64,000 nt of DNA from Bilabrum cf. latius (Eukaryota), in assembly GCA_965178125.1 (NCBI GenBank), contig OZ237749.1, positions 558,001 through 622,000 of the forward strand, read 5' to 3'. The notes under the pieces were generated by a model. The model saw only the letters and a list, made by a program, of their open reading frames with translations. It made no database searches and was not told the origin of the DNA. The translations under genes were made by a program, and so were the position numbers. Shown here piece after piece: positions 13,153 to 26,946 of the stretch. The first letter of the stretch is position 1. Each line of letters opens with the position of its first letter.

Positions 13153-14150
13153 CTTTTTATTATTGAGATCACACGTTGTACACAGCACTCTAATCTCGCA
13201 GACAGTCACACATGGTTGCAGTCGGTTTCCTCCGAGAGCCCATCCTCAAAGTTACCAAAAAAAGAAAACTGGCGAGCGCTGCCCCTCAGCGCCCGAATAG
13301 CACGCGGCTTGATTGCCGCTCGAGTCTAATGGTGACCTCTCAACTTCCACATCCGCAAGTGGTCGGGTGATCCCATCCCCCTGATCCGAGTCACTCGTCA
13401 CACACATGCCCAAACCCCCACCTGCCTGGCCTGTGCCTCCCCCTTCCAATCCGCCGCATCAACCCGATAACCCCACCAATCATCTTCTCCTCCACTACTT
13501 CCTCCCCCTTTCCGGTGAACCGTCGCCCCTCTCCCTCTGCTCCGTCCTCACCCCCCCCCTTCGCCCACCCCACCGCCCCTGTACTTCCTCCCTTGCCGCT
13601 CTCTCTCTCTGAATGTAGTTGGGTAGTGTGTGCTTTGACTCAAACATATTATATTCTCTCTCTCACTCCTCCGCATCGCTACGTCGCATCTGGGCCTGCA
13701 CCTCGAGCGGGTCCTGCGCCCACCGCGCGACGGTACCAGCAGATGTCCCGGAGCTTGCAAATGAACCGCTCCAGGCTAACCCGCTTGAATTTTGGGAGTA
13801 TGGCCCATGACTTCCATTCATCCTTATTGAAATCGTACTCCCAACCGGTAGCCCCCATCGCCATCCAGCGGCAACAGGTCACCTGGCCGCAGCCAAGGTC
13901 CCCCACCATACCTATAGAATATACAACCGAGGGCGCTGCCGCGACCGACAGCCCCTGCAAGATCACGATGCACTGCTCCCCATTCTATCCCCATCACGAG
14001 CCCCGCGCGCTCATCAAAACACCGCAAGGTGCCTGCTGCTTTGTAACGCGCCCGCCGCTGCCGCTCCAGCAGTCCCCACCGGCCCTGCTGCTGCCATAGC
14101 CATACCCACCGGCCCGTGCTCCCCGCCGCCCGAGTGCCCTGGTGCCCCGC

Positions 14151-14294
14151 CCCCCCCCCTACCACCGGCACCGAGCTCACCATTCCCCCCCCCCCTACCA
14201 CCGGCACCGAGCTCACCCTCTCCCCCCCCTACCACCGGCACCGAGCTCACCCTTCCCCCCCCCTACCACCGGCACCGAGCTCACCCTTCCCCCC
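14151..14294. repeat. Four-copy 34-36 bp C-rich minisatellite (Cn-TACCACCGGCACCGAGCTCACC)
   Basis: The core begins at 14159, 14195, 14229 and 14263, separated by C-runs of variable length. Confidence 0.95.
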
Positions 14295-14800
14295 TCCCTC
14301 TCAGAACCTCCACTCTTCGCCATGCCATCCACCATCCACACTGCCCACTTCATCAGCCTCCAGATGCTGCCCCTCGCCACGTACAGCCCCGCTCCGATCA
14401 CCACCAGGCTGAACAGGAACATCACACCCGTCGCGCTGCACGCCGTGGCCTCGCCCGAGTTGGGGGCGTGCAGGAAGAGACCCACCTCGAAGGTCAGGAA
14501 AACGCCCACCAGTGCCACCAGCTCCAGCCGGTTTCGGTTCAGAGCAGCCGCCTTGTAGGGCTACTGCCACGCGTGCACCACCCCGGCAGCGAAGATGACG
14601 GCCAGCGCCGAGTACATCTGCACTCTCACCCCCCACGGCTCCACCAGCACCGTGATGGCTACCACCGCCAGCTTGCAAGCCATCACCACAACCTCCCAGT
14701 AGTATCCATCCCTGTGGAAGCCCTGCATCAGGAAGCCCAGCGTGGTCAGCACATCTGGACTGTCCATCCGGACCCTCCCCCTCCACAGCTACACCCCGGT
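14213..14800 (-). pseudogene. Fragment of a multi-pass membrane protein (TRP C-terminal-like TM region), lacking its 5' part
   Basis: ORFs 14561-14767 and 14213-14518 join across TAG: LGFLMQGFHRDGYYWEVVVMACKL...HAWQ*PYKAAALNRNRLE. This is the same motif family as the TM region of the giant protein (YYYFKPEYYWW...ARKALI...YNPY). There is no room for a 5' portion, and the frame shifts within the minisatellite. Confidence 0.55.
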
Positions 14801-14853
14801 TACCAATTGCAGCGCACGTTTGGGACCTTCTAGACCACCACTCCTGTACAGGG

Positions 14854-17800
14854 TCACCCACTCTCAGGATCAATGCTTGCATCTTGAAAGATCAGCTGAC
14901 CAATTCGACTAGCGATTGCGTCCCATGAGTACGTCTCGATGCACTGCTGCCGCATGGCGAATCGCTTGGCCTCGAAGCGCGCGGGGTGCTACAGCGCATC
15001 TCTGGCAGCGCGCACCACGGCATGCCAATATGCTTCCGAGAGCTGCAACTCTAGCTGACGATACCTGCTTTGGTTGGACATCGCTTCACGCACCTCGCTG
15101 TTGCCGAGCACAGCGTCTGCTTGCCTGGCTGCGAGCAGCTCATTCATCTGGAGACGAGCAAGCCCGACGTCTGCTGTGGGCCCCAGAGATCCAGCGGACC
15201 AGCTCTGATTGCTTCCTCGCTCATCAGAGTTTCGATTCTGCTGCGCGAACCCATCTTCAATGCTGCGATTGTACGGCTGTTCGGCGGCAGTAGTCCCCCC
15301 GGGGATCCAGCCCTTACGAGCAAGCACCTGCTCGGCGCGAAGCCCCGCGTCGAACTGACCCACAATCTCGGGTAGTGCCGTCAGCGGCCATCCAATTGTT
15401 ATGGGCACAGCACCTGCACACATGGCTTTGACAGCTACTGTGCAAGATGTCTCTGGAAACGTGCTAGGGTACAGCCAGAAGGAGGCCCGTGACAGCCTAT
15501 CCTGCAGCTCAGAAGCCGGTACCATGCCGCGGTAGTCCACTCCTGGGAGCTAGAACAGCTCTGTGATCTAGCGCTTCCACTCCCAGTAGGTACTTGAGAC
15601 GGCCGATCCGAAAGAATCAATCGATTTTGTGAAGCCGTAGTATACCTCAAGCCGTACGTCCCCGCCCAAATCCTTGTAAATGTACGGCCAAGTCTCGAGC
15701 ACCATCTAAAGGCCCCGAATGGGGCTGGAGGCATACACAAACGTCAGCATGGGGGGCTTGGCTACGAAAGGTCGGACCAGGTCTCTGGAAATGCCGTTGG
15801 TTAGGATGCCCATCCAGGGCAGTGGGTACCTCAGGGGAGTTGGCGGCAAGCTTGGGTTTGCAATCTGCTTCGGCATCGAGTGCCACACGTGAAATGCCGA
15901 GCCATGGAAGACTCTGCAGGCAAATTTCGAGTGCAGTCCATCCCCCGACCTAGGTTCGCTTGATTCGGTCTCCTGCAGATGCCCATCCACAAGGTCCTGT
16001 AGCCAGATCCACACGCTTTTCACGTTGGGCAGAGCGGCACCTTGCAACCTGTCAGCGCACTAATGTCTATCCTACGGTGCGATGCACTCAGAATTGATTC
16101 TAGTATCCACGTGCTGCAGTGGTACCAGCGCATCGGCCACCGAATGCGTGTATCTGTATGCGACGAACACTGTGGGGATGTTACACCTTGCTAGCCTCTC
16201 CTGCACGCCCTTGGTTTTAAACCAATACGCACCACTGTGCCAAGTGCCGGTATACGAGTCTGGTACTGTGTCCGTGTGCACTTCAATCATGATCTCAGGG
16301 GACACTCTATGCAGCGCAGCAACCAATTGCACGACGGCCTCCTCTGAACCTCCAAGTGACTTGGGGCCGGGCTTGTCCTTCGATTCGGAAGGATCGATAA
16401 CCCACGGACCCCACCCGGGAAAGAATGCGTTGCCGTACTCCTCCGCCTGAATGACAAGTCTGACCTTATGATGGGGCGTGATTCCGCACCCGTCACCCAA
16501 AGAAGGGGCACTGTAGTGCATCGGCAGTCGCAGAGGTGCTTCATGCGCGTGAAAACAGCGGTGGTACGACTGTGCTGAAGCCAGGGCCCAGTAGCTCTCG
16601 TCGCCGTACTAGCCAGGTGGCACGCTGTATCCTGCCCGCCTCAGCCCAGCAAGCCACCTCACAGAGTTGTACGATGCTATACTAGTGGGAAGCGTGCGCA
16701 ATAGCCTTTGCACGGCCACTGGTATAACCGAACATTCATCTGTGGTGAGCCATGGACGGTGCTTTTCGCTGGCTGTCTGTAGATAGGTAGCAATGCTTGT
16801 CCCACCGAGGCTCCGTGCATCGCCCACTTCTGTGCCACGGTGATCCAATAATCTAGCACCAGCACCATCCGTGCGCTCAAGAGTATCAGATACCAATTTA
16901 CTGCAGTGGTAGTGGTGCCTGTGCTTGAGCCATTCGAGCCCCACTTGCAGAAATCCACTGCTTAGTCCAGCACCATCACCGTCGCATACACCATCAGCGA
17001 ACCGGCTGATAGAGTCTGCTTGCGAGGATGAAGAAGCTGATTCGGGACCTGCATTTGGCCGCGCCCAAGATTGGCTAGCCCGCTCCGAAGCCCTGCCGAT
17101 CGCCTGGAGCAGCCAAGCGGCCGAGTGCCCGTACAGAGCCGGGAGATCCCCCGAGCATTGGCTGCTCCCATTAATCGCGGACACGAGTGTCCGAGCCAGC
17201 GAATCATGCAGCTGCTATCGGGTGGCATACGATACTCGCGCCTTGCACCAGGCGCCCCGCAGTTCCCTACCTTGTCTCTCAATCCAATCCTCTAGCAACG
17301 GAAGCGAGCCCTGCGCTTCGGCACATACGTCCATCGCAAGCGCAATGCGCAAAGTGCTGCCGTTTGCGACCGAGAATGATGCGCTACCGGTGGCTTCGAG
17401 CAGCTGGCCGAACGACTCGAGAGCGGCTTTCATGGATCCGACATGCGAGTCGTACACTTTGCACGACAGAGGGCTCTCTCGACTGGCATGCCACAGAGCT
17501 AGATGCAGTCGGTTCATCACAGCGCCTGGGGTGTCAGCAGCAAATGACTCGACCTCAGCTTCGACTCGATGGAGCTGCGAGCTTGATCTGCTTGGTACGG
17601 TGGGGTTGACTGCATTCTCCAAGCTGCCCAGTACCTGCAGCAGCTGCGAGGGAGCATCGCCCAAGCCGTGGCCAGTCGATAGCTCAGCCCCAACTTTGGC
17701 GTGGTACGGGAGCCACCTGCCTCGGTACCTCCGGACCTGCGAGGTCCTCACCTCCCAGGCGATCCGCATGGACCTCTGCACAGCCCGAGTGGTGCCTCCG

Positions 17801-20800
17801 GCATCGAACAGACTCGATGTAAGGCTGGATGCCGCCAGGTGCTGCTTGGCTGTCACCATGCAAGCGTGGCACGATGCCAGCCTGCCAGCCAACTGCTCAT
17901 AGGCCCGCATGCTGTGTGGTGCCATTGCACAGTGCATCCTGCGTCGAAGCGCCAAGTCGAGGCCACTGCTCGATCTGCCAGTTGCAGCAAGCCCGCATCC
18001 GTGGGCATTGAAGCCCGTCGGTGTGTGCGCCGCGGCACCCAGTGACATGCCTACTCGAGCAGCAAATCCAGGCCCTGGCATCGTCACCGTTGGAACCGCC
18101 GCCCACAGTGCCTCGGCACCGGTGCTGTGCATGTTGTACGTTGTGGAATCCAACATCAAATCTATGGCCGCGATTCGCTCGCGGTGTTCGGCGAGACCCA
18201 CGTGCCCAGCAACCACGAATCGGTGGGGTTGGATGCCCCTGGCTGCAGCGAGATTGATCAGCCGGTCTGTCTTCTCCTTGCTTCCGGAGCCGATCACGAT
18301 CATGACGCACCTAGGACAGTGCCGCAAGATACCAGCCCAGGTGTCGAGAAGGTACGGCTGTATGCGACTCACATGGCCCACAAATCCAAGATGAATGCGC
18401 TTGCTGTGGATGGACTTGCTAAACGGACCGGCACCGATCATCTGCATGCTTCGGTCCAGCTGCACCAACCGCCTCCTCCAGCGTCCAGATATTGCAGCGC
18501 TTCCTTCCGACCGCATCTCAATCAGACGCAGAAACCCATCGGCAGGAACAGATGGCGACTGTAGCGTGGTTTGGTAGGTGTTCGGCAGGATCAGCATTCC
18601 CTCGGACATGCCTGCGCGAGAAACCCTGCCTGTGCCTCGCTCGAAGGCGTGAGGCAAAGAGCCGAGGAGCTCTGCCCGGGGATCCAGCGGGAGCACTCCA
18701 CCTCTAGAAGCAGCTGTCCTACCAAACGATGCGTGATTCCGGCTGCCAGTCAGCTCCACTGGTGGATCAGGAGGTGTGACAAATCGATCCACGATGGCGT
18801 AGTCAGCATAGCTGTCGGCGGCCGAGCCGGGATACCCGAGGTACTGAATCACGATCTTGCCGGCTCGTCGCACGGTGAAGTCGAGGTCCATGTTGCTTGT
18901 GTGGCCCATGAAGTCGAGCACTATATCAGAGTAGCTGCCAGGCTAGATGTCCTGGAGGTCCGCGCGACAGCTAGTTGTGCCGTGCTCAGGTGGGATGGAA
19001 TGCAACAAGCCATCGCATAAAGATCTAGCTGCCCAAGCCATGTCCATTTGTTGAGCAATCGTGGCTACAGTTCCATTCTCAGCTTGCATCAACCAGCATG
19101 GGATCCGATGGATAGACCCCCAAAGGGAGTAGTTGTATGCCTTTCGCTCTTCTGCCATACTTATCCCGCTCACGGCTTCTTCGCACCTATGAACACGGCT
19201 AAATGTCAGTACCTCGCTACCTGCCCGCAGCGTTCCACCAGTTCTTGCCATTTTACCCTCTGCGAGTTGGGCAGAATCTATGCCAGGGACCAGCTGACGC
19301 CAGCCCATTGTGGCCATCTGTGCGATGTGAGTTGCTGTCAGGAGCGGGTTCACCTGGAGAGAACCCAGCCATTCCGCCGCTGTCTGTCGATCTCGCGATC
19401 GCTCCCACGTTTCATTGAGCCAAACAGATGCAGCGGTAGCGTACTCTGCACCCTGACTGCACTCTCGCAATGCCGCATTTGCCGCCACCGATTCGAGCAT
19501 ATTTGGCCAATGCGAGGGTCGACCGCCATTGCACATTGCAGCTGGTGGCCTGTCCATAGGCCCATACATCCATGCTTGCAGCGCGATGCTGTCAGTGTCA
19601 AAGTGAGGCAACATGCCAGTGATCATCGACCCCATGGCGTGAGTTCGCATGTCATACGACATCGCATTCACCCGAAGCTTGCGCGCGTTCCCGCCTCTCA
19701 TCATGCGAACACCCGCGCGGGTCCTGGAACCCCGCATGGCCTCTGACAGAGGGCCTAGAGCAGGCGGGACCACCTTTCCTTGCTGTGCCTGTGCCGCCTT
19801 GCCGACCATCCTTGGCTGAAAGGACAAGCCTTTGACGATAGCAATTCCTAGCCTGAGTTCGGCCGAGGACACCAGGTAGGACATATCATACACTATCATG
19901 TGACCCGATTCCGAGGCCGTATTTCCAACAATCTGACGTGCATAGACCCCACACGATTGCGCTAGTGCTTGCAGGCGGCGCTAGCGACTACCAAGGTCTA
20001 GTGTCCAACCATCTCCCGGGCCCTGGAGCAGCGTCGACTGGCACTGCACGACCGCTTCCAGCATGGCCAGCCTCTCGTCCGATATCCCAACGAGAGAGCG
20101 GTGCAGCGATGGGTCTAGGAATGAGTCTCTCTCGGGACCAGACGCAAACCACTGCAGCAGCCTCAGTGCCGACAGCTCCGTGGCTGCTTCTGCCAGTGCG
20201 AAACACACAGACATCGCCTCGGGGCTGCCGGGGGTCTGAACCAGAGACAGATCAGCTGCATTGTCTAGAACCCCGAGCAATTTATCTCCTTCCAGCATGC
20301 TCTTTGCATATGATACTGAATCAAATAGCTGCGATCCATGTGCCCCGGTGCTGCTCTGCGCTGCACGGTCCTGCATTGCTCTCACAAAGCACTCGAGCCC
20401 CTGCAGCACAAGCTTGAGCACCTTCCTCAGCCCGCTGAGACAAAGCTCGTATGCCTCCCATCGATATGATTCCTGCAAGACCTTGCACACAGACATGAGC
20501 GCCCCAGGCAGTCGGGGCACCCGCGCCATCACTGCCACGGTCGATCGCAGCCGCATCGCTTCGACCTCTCCTCCCGACTTGCCCTTGCTTTGGGCATCCT
20601 TGTTGAAGTGCAGGTCGATGTTGGCAAGATTGAACGTGGCAGCAGAGCGCGCTGAGCTAGTGGTTAGCTCCTCTGGCATGTCCAGCATCAGACTGTACCA
20701 CACCTTGGCCATCTCGAACGAGTGCTGGTTGACGTGGTGGTTGCCCACTTCGATGAGAGCGACGAAATTCGTGCTGGGCGAGCCTGCAGACACAGAGGCC

Positions 20801-21816
20801 AGCTGTGGGGCTAGCGACCATCCCGCATGAGCATCCAGTGCCACCTGATCGCCTACCTGTCTCAAGATATCCACTTGATCAGCTGTGAGTCCGCTTACCG
20901 CAAGTTGCAGGTAGCACTCCGCCACGAGCGGCTCGACTCCAAGACCACGGATTTGCTCGCATACTAACTGAGAATCACTGCCTTCCCAGCCTTTGATTTC
21001 TTCCAATGCGCGCTTGCTGGCCACCCAAGCTGACGGCGCCCAGCTGGGCACTTGCTCGGACTGGCCCTGCACCCATGCTCGGTGCAAGTGTGTGGCCGCC
21101 GCCCAGGCAGCGGCACGGCGAGCGTGGAGATAGTTGCCAGCTGCGATCGCAAGGTCCCTCCCACATCTTGCAGACCTACGCATGGCCTTGGAAACAAGCT
21201 CACTGGCCGGAGCTTGTGCGCTGAGCTGATAGTCGCCACATCCTGGTTCATCTACAGAATAGAGATCCAGTAGTCTGGCGCCAAAACAAACGATCTACTT
21301 GTACTCCAGCGACTCCACGCTGATTTCGGCCCCTGGTATCCAATCGAAGGCAGCACGGTGGCCAAGATGATGCCGACCCCATACGACGACAGGGCACTTG
21401 ACAACATCCTTGGTCGTTACGCTTGCTTCAAAGCCAACTATGAAAGAAATCAGCTCGACTACTTGAGATCTAAGTCCTTGGACAATCGCAGGGTATTGCC
21501 CCTGCAAGCATGACTGCATTTGTTGAATACTTGGAAGCCGAGCAAACGTCTCGGGGATCAAGCTGCAAAGTGTGTACATTTCTGGCATTTCTACTACTGC
21601 GCCCAACACAAAAAGTGCATTTGTGCACGGATTTTGGTTCTCGCCGTTCACCACAATGTCCTGGAGCCTTCCAGCAGCCATAGCATTTTGCACTCGTGAT
21701 TCGTCCAACATGTCAACATTCAGCTCTATCCCCGAGATACCCCCCCAAAGTGTCTTTTCTGAAGTACAATGCGTGATAATAAATACATACAGTATCAAAT
21801 GCCTTGATATCTGCAT
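14854..21816 (-). CDS. Signal peptide + GT41 + GT4-like glycosyltransferase, copy 2 (~2320 aa, 11 in-frame TAG)
   Basis: Highly similar and colinear with copy 1. The frame is continuous across TAGs from ATG 21816 to TGA 14854-14856. Confidence 0.85.
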
Positions 21817-21920
21817 GCACTGCAGGCACAGATAGTGGCTTGCGAAGGATTCATCTGATCACAGCGAGAAGGAGGATGATTCATCACCCGCCGGCGCTGG
21901 CCTGGCGGGAGATCTGGAGA

Positions 21921-24900
21921 TCAAGACGGCCGGCACCCACCGCTAGACGTACCCCCCCCGTCCTCCTCATCGTCATCACCATTGCCATCCCCTCCACCGA
22001 CCATCATGACCAAGTTGCCGTTTTCATCGACACGCAGCACCGGGCGTGGGCCGCCACCTCGACCGCCTCCCATCATCATCGCCTGTCGCATGGCCATCAT
22101 CTAAAGGAAGCTCCGCCTCTGCGCCTCTGCCTGCGCCTCCTGGCGCCTCTCTCTTGCCCTCTCTTCTTCCACTAGTTCAGCTGCTAGCTCGTCGTCGCTC
22201 GAGTCGTAAACCTCCTGTCCATCTGAGTCCAACTGTGGAACCGAGAAGGCACCGGCTCTGCCAGCGTCAGCTCCAGCAGTGACAGCACCGCTCGAGCCAG
22301 ACTCCATCGCTGCCGCCTGGCTAGATGCAGATGTAGCAGCCGGGCCGAGAGCAAGCGAAGGCAATACGCCCGGGCGAGCGCCGGACATTCCGCCAGTGCC
22401 AGTGGCAGCTGGATTCGTTCCAGAGGCGCCAGGGATCGGAATCTCGGGCCCAGCCGCAGCGCCGCCGAGCTACCTTAACCGCTTCTCAGGGTCATTCGGC
22501 CGGCACAAATCTAGATAGTGCAGGTCTCCAAGCGGGTTCCCGCGCCAGCCGCCAAACAGCCACATCTGCCGGTTGGCCACAGCCACCTGGTGGTTGAGGC
22601 GGCGAGAAGGAGTGGATCCAACCACGTCTACGGAGCAAAGGGTCGCTGAGACCAGGCGATCGCTCGCCGCTTGGGCTGGTGCGGTGGTAGTAACTGCACT
22701 ACTTGCAGCAGAGCTTACACCAGCACCAGCACGATCATCTGCTCCTGCCTCAGCACCCGCTCCTTGAATGGCCTGCGACTCCTCCGAGAGATCCAGTACG
22801 GCCATTTCGCTGCACGTCTCCCGCGAGCCACCGAAGATGATGATCTTGTTTCCCACGCCCACGCCTGACATGCACGAGCCGAACCACGAAGGGACGTTTT
22901 CTTGGGCGGGGGGTGCCTCCTCACTCCGGCGGCCCCATCCGAATAATCCCCAGCGCCTGCCGCCTTCATTTGCGTCCTCATCACCAAGGACTTCATCATC
23001 ATCATCATCATCATCATCATTCTCGTCACCACCGTCCTCTTCTTCGTCCTCACCACCATCACCACTACCATCATTCTCGTCCTCAGCTTGCTCACTGTCC
23101 TCCAGCTACCCACCGTCCTCGTTCCGCTTGTCGGCATTAGCCTCATCGCCGCCACTCTGACCATCGCCGCCACTCTGACCACCACCGCTTCCTCGGGCAT
23201 CCTGTTCAGATTCTGAGTTGGCATCTGCGGCCGCCACTTCAGAGCCTGTCTTGTTCAAAGCACCGGCATCCTCTCCACCTTCTCCACTTGCGTCTTGCCC
23301 GGACTCTTCAATCCCACTCGTAGAAGTAATAGGACCTGCATCAATCGATTCATGTCCAGCTGAACCGGGAAGTGCTGGGATTGCGTACAGTTGCACCCTG
23401 GACCACGTGTGAAGCCCCAGCCTGCCGCTCCTGCCCTCACCAGGCCCGCCATCGAAGGGGTGGTCATGTGCCAGCAAGGGCAGCCGCAGGTGGAAGATGT
23501 CCCTGAACTCGTGCCCATCTCTCATCAGGTCTCCCCCCGACGCGCCACCGCACACGATGATTCCGTCCGTCACGGCCACAGCCACGTGCCCGTGCCTGGC
23601 GGCAGGAGCCAAACCTGCGGCCCTGACAGTCTGCAGCGTCCAGTTGATCGGATCGATGGCCTGGAGGGATCGAATGGACTCGGAGCCGGAAATACCGCCA
23701 AACACGTAGACCATGCCGTTGTGATGGCTGAATGACATGCTGTGGTAGCCACGGGGATCCAAACGGGCTAGCTTGCCGGGCTTGCTGCAGGCGCCTGCTC
23801 CCGAACCATGCGCAGCAGCGGCGGCCGCAACCTTCCTTGGGCTATGCGGAGACGGGCTGCCTGCCTTCTAGGGTGTGGCTGCCTCCAGCTCCTCGGCTGG
23901 TTCCCGCAAGGTTACCTCCTCCCACGCGAGTCGAAGCACCCTGACGAGTTCTTCTTCGGCTTCATCGTTGTCCTACTCGCCCTTGCGCGAGGCACCGGGC
24001 TTGCCAATCTTCTTGCCCTTCGCGTGCCTCAAGAGCGCGTCAGAGGTGTCGCGCATTTTTCCCGCTGGTACTTCGTCTGAGACTACGTCTGACCTGCCAG
24101 CTTCCTTCCTAGCACGCTTGGCAGCCCGTCCTGACAGCTCTGAGCCTGCCGGTGCCGCTCGAGTACTACCGGCACTCGCTGAAGCAGATTCCGCCTCTGC
24201 CGCACCCGCCGCGGTAGCCTTGGCCGTTTTGGCATCCCCTGATGCGGTGCTCTCATTGGCCTCGTTGTTTTCCTCGCCTTCACTGGCATGTGGTTGGCCG
24301 ATATCAGCTGCCTCACCTGCCTGTTCTACCGAATCGCTGCTGTCGTCACCGTGATCTCCATCCTCCTCTTCATCTTCATCTTCTTCAACGTAGTCATCAT
24401 CGGAGTCGTCCTCGGATTCATCTATCTCGTCGTCTTCATCGCCCATGATGCCTTGCCCTTGCATGCGCGGGTCGTTCGGCGGAGCCTTCGCCATGCGGTT
24501 CCTCTCAGCGACCCACGCACTCCGCGGCATCCACTCGTACCACCCGCGAAGAACAAACACGTCGCCCAGATCGCCCCTGTAGCCGCCCGCCAGCATACCG
24601 CCGGAGACCAGGCAGCTCTCCACCAATTCCGCTCCGAGTCGCACCCCCCTTGCCTCTTTGAGTGCGCTTGGAGCCGCCCTGGCAAGTACCGGCGCCACCT
24701 GCGGCGAGGCTGTGGACGCGCGGACGGAGCGTGGGGGCCTCGCGATGTCGGCACTGCCAGCGGCACTGGAGCCATGGCCGGGAGACATGGTCGGGGGAAC
24801 GGATGCAAGGGTGGGGGAAGGGGCCGAAGGCTTGCCGGGGGAGGGGGGGGGCGGCCCCCTAGCACTTGCACCAGGGGACATGGATTGATCCGATCCCTTT

Positions 24901-25772
24901 TGTTCCATGGCGGTGGCATCCGCTGCTGCCACCCCACCTGGAGAGCCCATACCGCCTCCCAGCACCTGTCGGGCGGCCGCAGGCAGCTGCGTGCAGTGCA
25001 GCGGTGTCTTGATGGTGCACATGACGTGGCCATACCGCGGCCTCGGCGCCCCGCCCCTCAGCGGGACACGCTCCCACGCGGGACGGCGCTGTGCCGTGTC
25101 AAGAACGTGTACATCATTTCGAAGGGTAGGATAACCGGAGGCATACCCGCCCACGAGGACGAGGTGGTCGTTCAGCGTGGACATGGCGGCGCCTTCGCGA
25201 TCGCCGGGGTCTGCTGGCCGTGGGCGCGGCTTCACCTGGGGTGGCGACGCTGAAGGAAGCGCAGACTGATTATTTGGCTCTTGGGCGGCAGATGTACCTC
25301 TTGCCTATCTTGATGCACCCCCTTGGTCGCCTGCTCGCTCCTCCACGTCAGCAGTTGCAGTTGAGTTCATCCAGGGTCGCTTCCAGCGCACCTGCTGCAA
25401 GCGGAACTGGCGCCAACAAGCCTCGTAATGGATTTTTGGCCCAAGTAAGGAGGACTATGGAAACCCTGGCAGCCGCGCAAACTCCTGCGTCGATAGCTGC
25501 ATCCAAAGATCACCATCCTCTAGGATGCTGGCCCATTTCTTGCTAGTCATTGCAAAGTTGCACGCCTGCAAGTGCATTAATAGAATACAATCACTTATTA
25601 CACAGTAAATACTTGCTGATGTGGCTTAAGCGATGGATGGCTGCAACACCGAAGGTTTGCCATGAAACGACAGTGTTCTAACGTCGACGCCTTGGAGGAA
25701 CCCGGTTACTCTGTCTCTCGCATCGAGTGGGAGGGAATCAATAGTCTTTCGTCTTGATTTGGCAGCCGACAT
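21921..25772 (-). CDS. F-box/Kelch-repeat protein with acidic inserts; intron 25566-25682; 7 in-frame TAG
   Basis: Spliced F-box IDSLPLDARDRVTGFLQGVD|ACNFAMTSKKWASILEDGDLW (GTTAGA...TTGCAG, phase 0). Kelch motifs LVLVGGY, PRPRYGH, PRGYHS...VYVFGG, ARHGH, IIIFGG, MWLFGGW are spread over track ORFs joined across TAG at 25455, 25305, 23973, 23868, 23106, 22470 and 22101. Ends GCRPS-TGA. Confidence 0.85.
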
Positions 25773-25888
25773 TGCAATTTCCCGTCCAGGTGAGTCTTTA
25801 ATGCCAAGTACAGTTGATCCACCTGCGACGACAGCGGAACCTCGCCCCCGAGGCGGACAGCCGCACTCACTCGGCAGCAGGACTTGAA

Positions 25889-26032
25889 ATGCTTGGGTAT
25901 CTGTTCACCCCCAGTAATCACGTTAACTTTATGGTTGTTACAATCATCAATTTGGTCCTGGCCGCGTCGTCTGTAGGCTTGTGGACGCTGGAAAAATCGT
26001 ACCCGAGAGATGTTGCAGGATTTTGGATTATC
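25889..26032 (+). CDS. Possible first exon of a small membrane protein; downstream exons unresolved
   Basis: ATG followed by hydrophobic MVVTIINLVLAASSVGLW...VAGFWII and a GTGAGT donor at 26033. Confidence 0.3.
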
Positions 26033-26946
26033 GTGAGTCTGTTTGCATCAAACCAGACGTACACGCGAGAGTTTTATCCAGTTCACGACCCACGACAGGA
26101 CCACCTGGCTCTACCCGTTCGCGCAGCCTCTGCCTTGTCTTCCTGTTGCCCTCTACACGGGAGTACTGTGGGCCATTTAGGCATCGTCACAAAGCGCCAG
26201 CGAAGCTGTGACTAGTCAAGAAGCCAGTGATGACAAAAAAGAAAGGTAATAGGGCGCCATGCTTGGTCTGCCAACAACTGGTTGATGATCACAGCTAGAG
26301 CCTGCGGATGCGTGCAAGCGCTCGTAGTCATCCGTGAGAAGCAGTGCCCGGTGCAGCACCAGCCATGGCCAGTCATGATGACTTCATCAAAAGGCACTGA
26401 TGGAAGGTGAATCGCCTTCACCAGCGCACAGCTGCTGGCTGGCGAGGGGCATGCCGTCACCCGCGCAGCCGGCCGCGATGTCTCCCTCGTCGGCAATCCG
26501 AGCTGTCAGCGATGAACTCAAGCCTTACTGAGTACTCGCTGCAAGGCTTCCATGGGGTTTCATGGCGGGCAGTGGAGTCACTTCGTGGTCTGCTCGCGCT
26601 CACAGGATACGGAGTCCAGCTAGATCTAGTCAAGACGGGGCAGTGAATTTTCAAAAAAAAAGCACGGCTTGCCAAGCGGCTGTACAGGCTGGCAATCGAT
26701 TCGAAGAGCCCGCCGCTACAGAATAGTGGCGTGATGTCTGGGCGGTGACAATCCTGCAGATCTGAGCCTGCTTCGCAGCTGTGAGCGAACGGAGCAGTTC
26801 TGAACGCAAGGCGCACATTGGCATTGTACCCAATAGATTGTACCATTCGAATCAGCCAAAGACATGGGAAGCTTTTTCTTCCCAACATATTCCATCGGAG
26901 ATTCCTCCCCGCGCTTGTCCTCCCAATACCTGTTCAAGATGCTCGC

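Noticed and set aside
14151-14294. CRISPR-like array
   Set aside because: The repeats are contiguous, separated only by C-runs rather than unique spacers; no cas genes; eukaryotic context.
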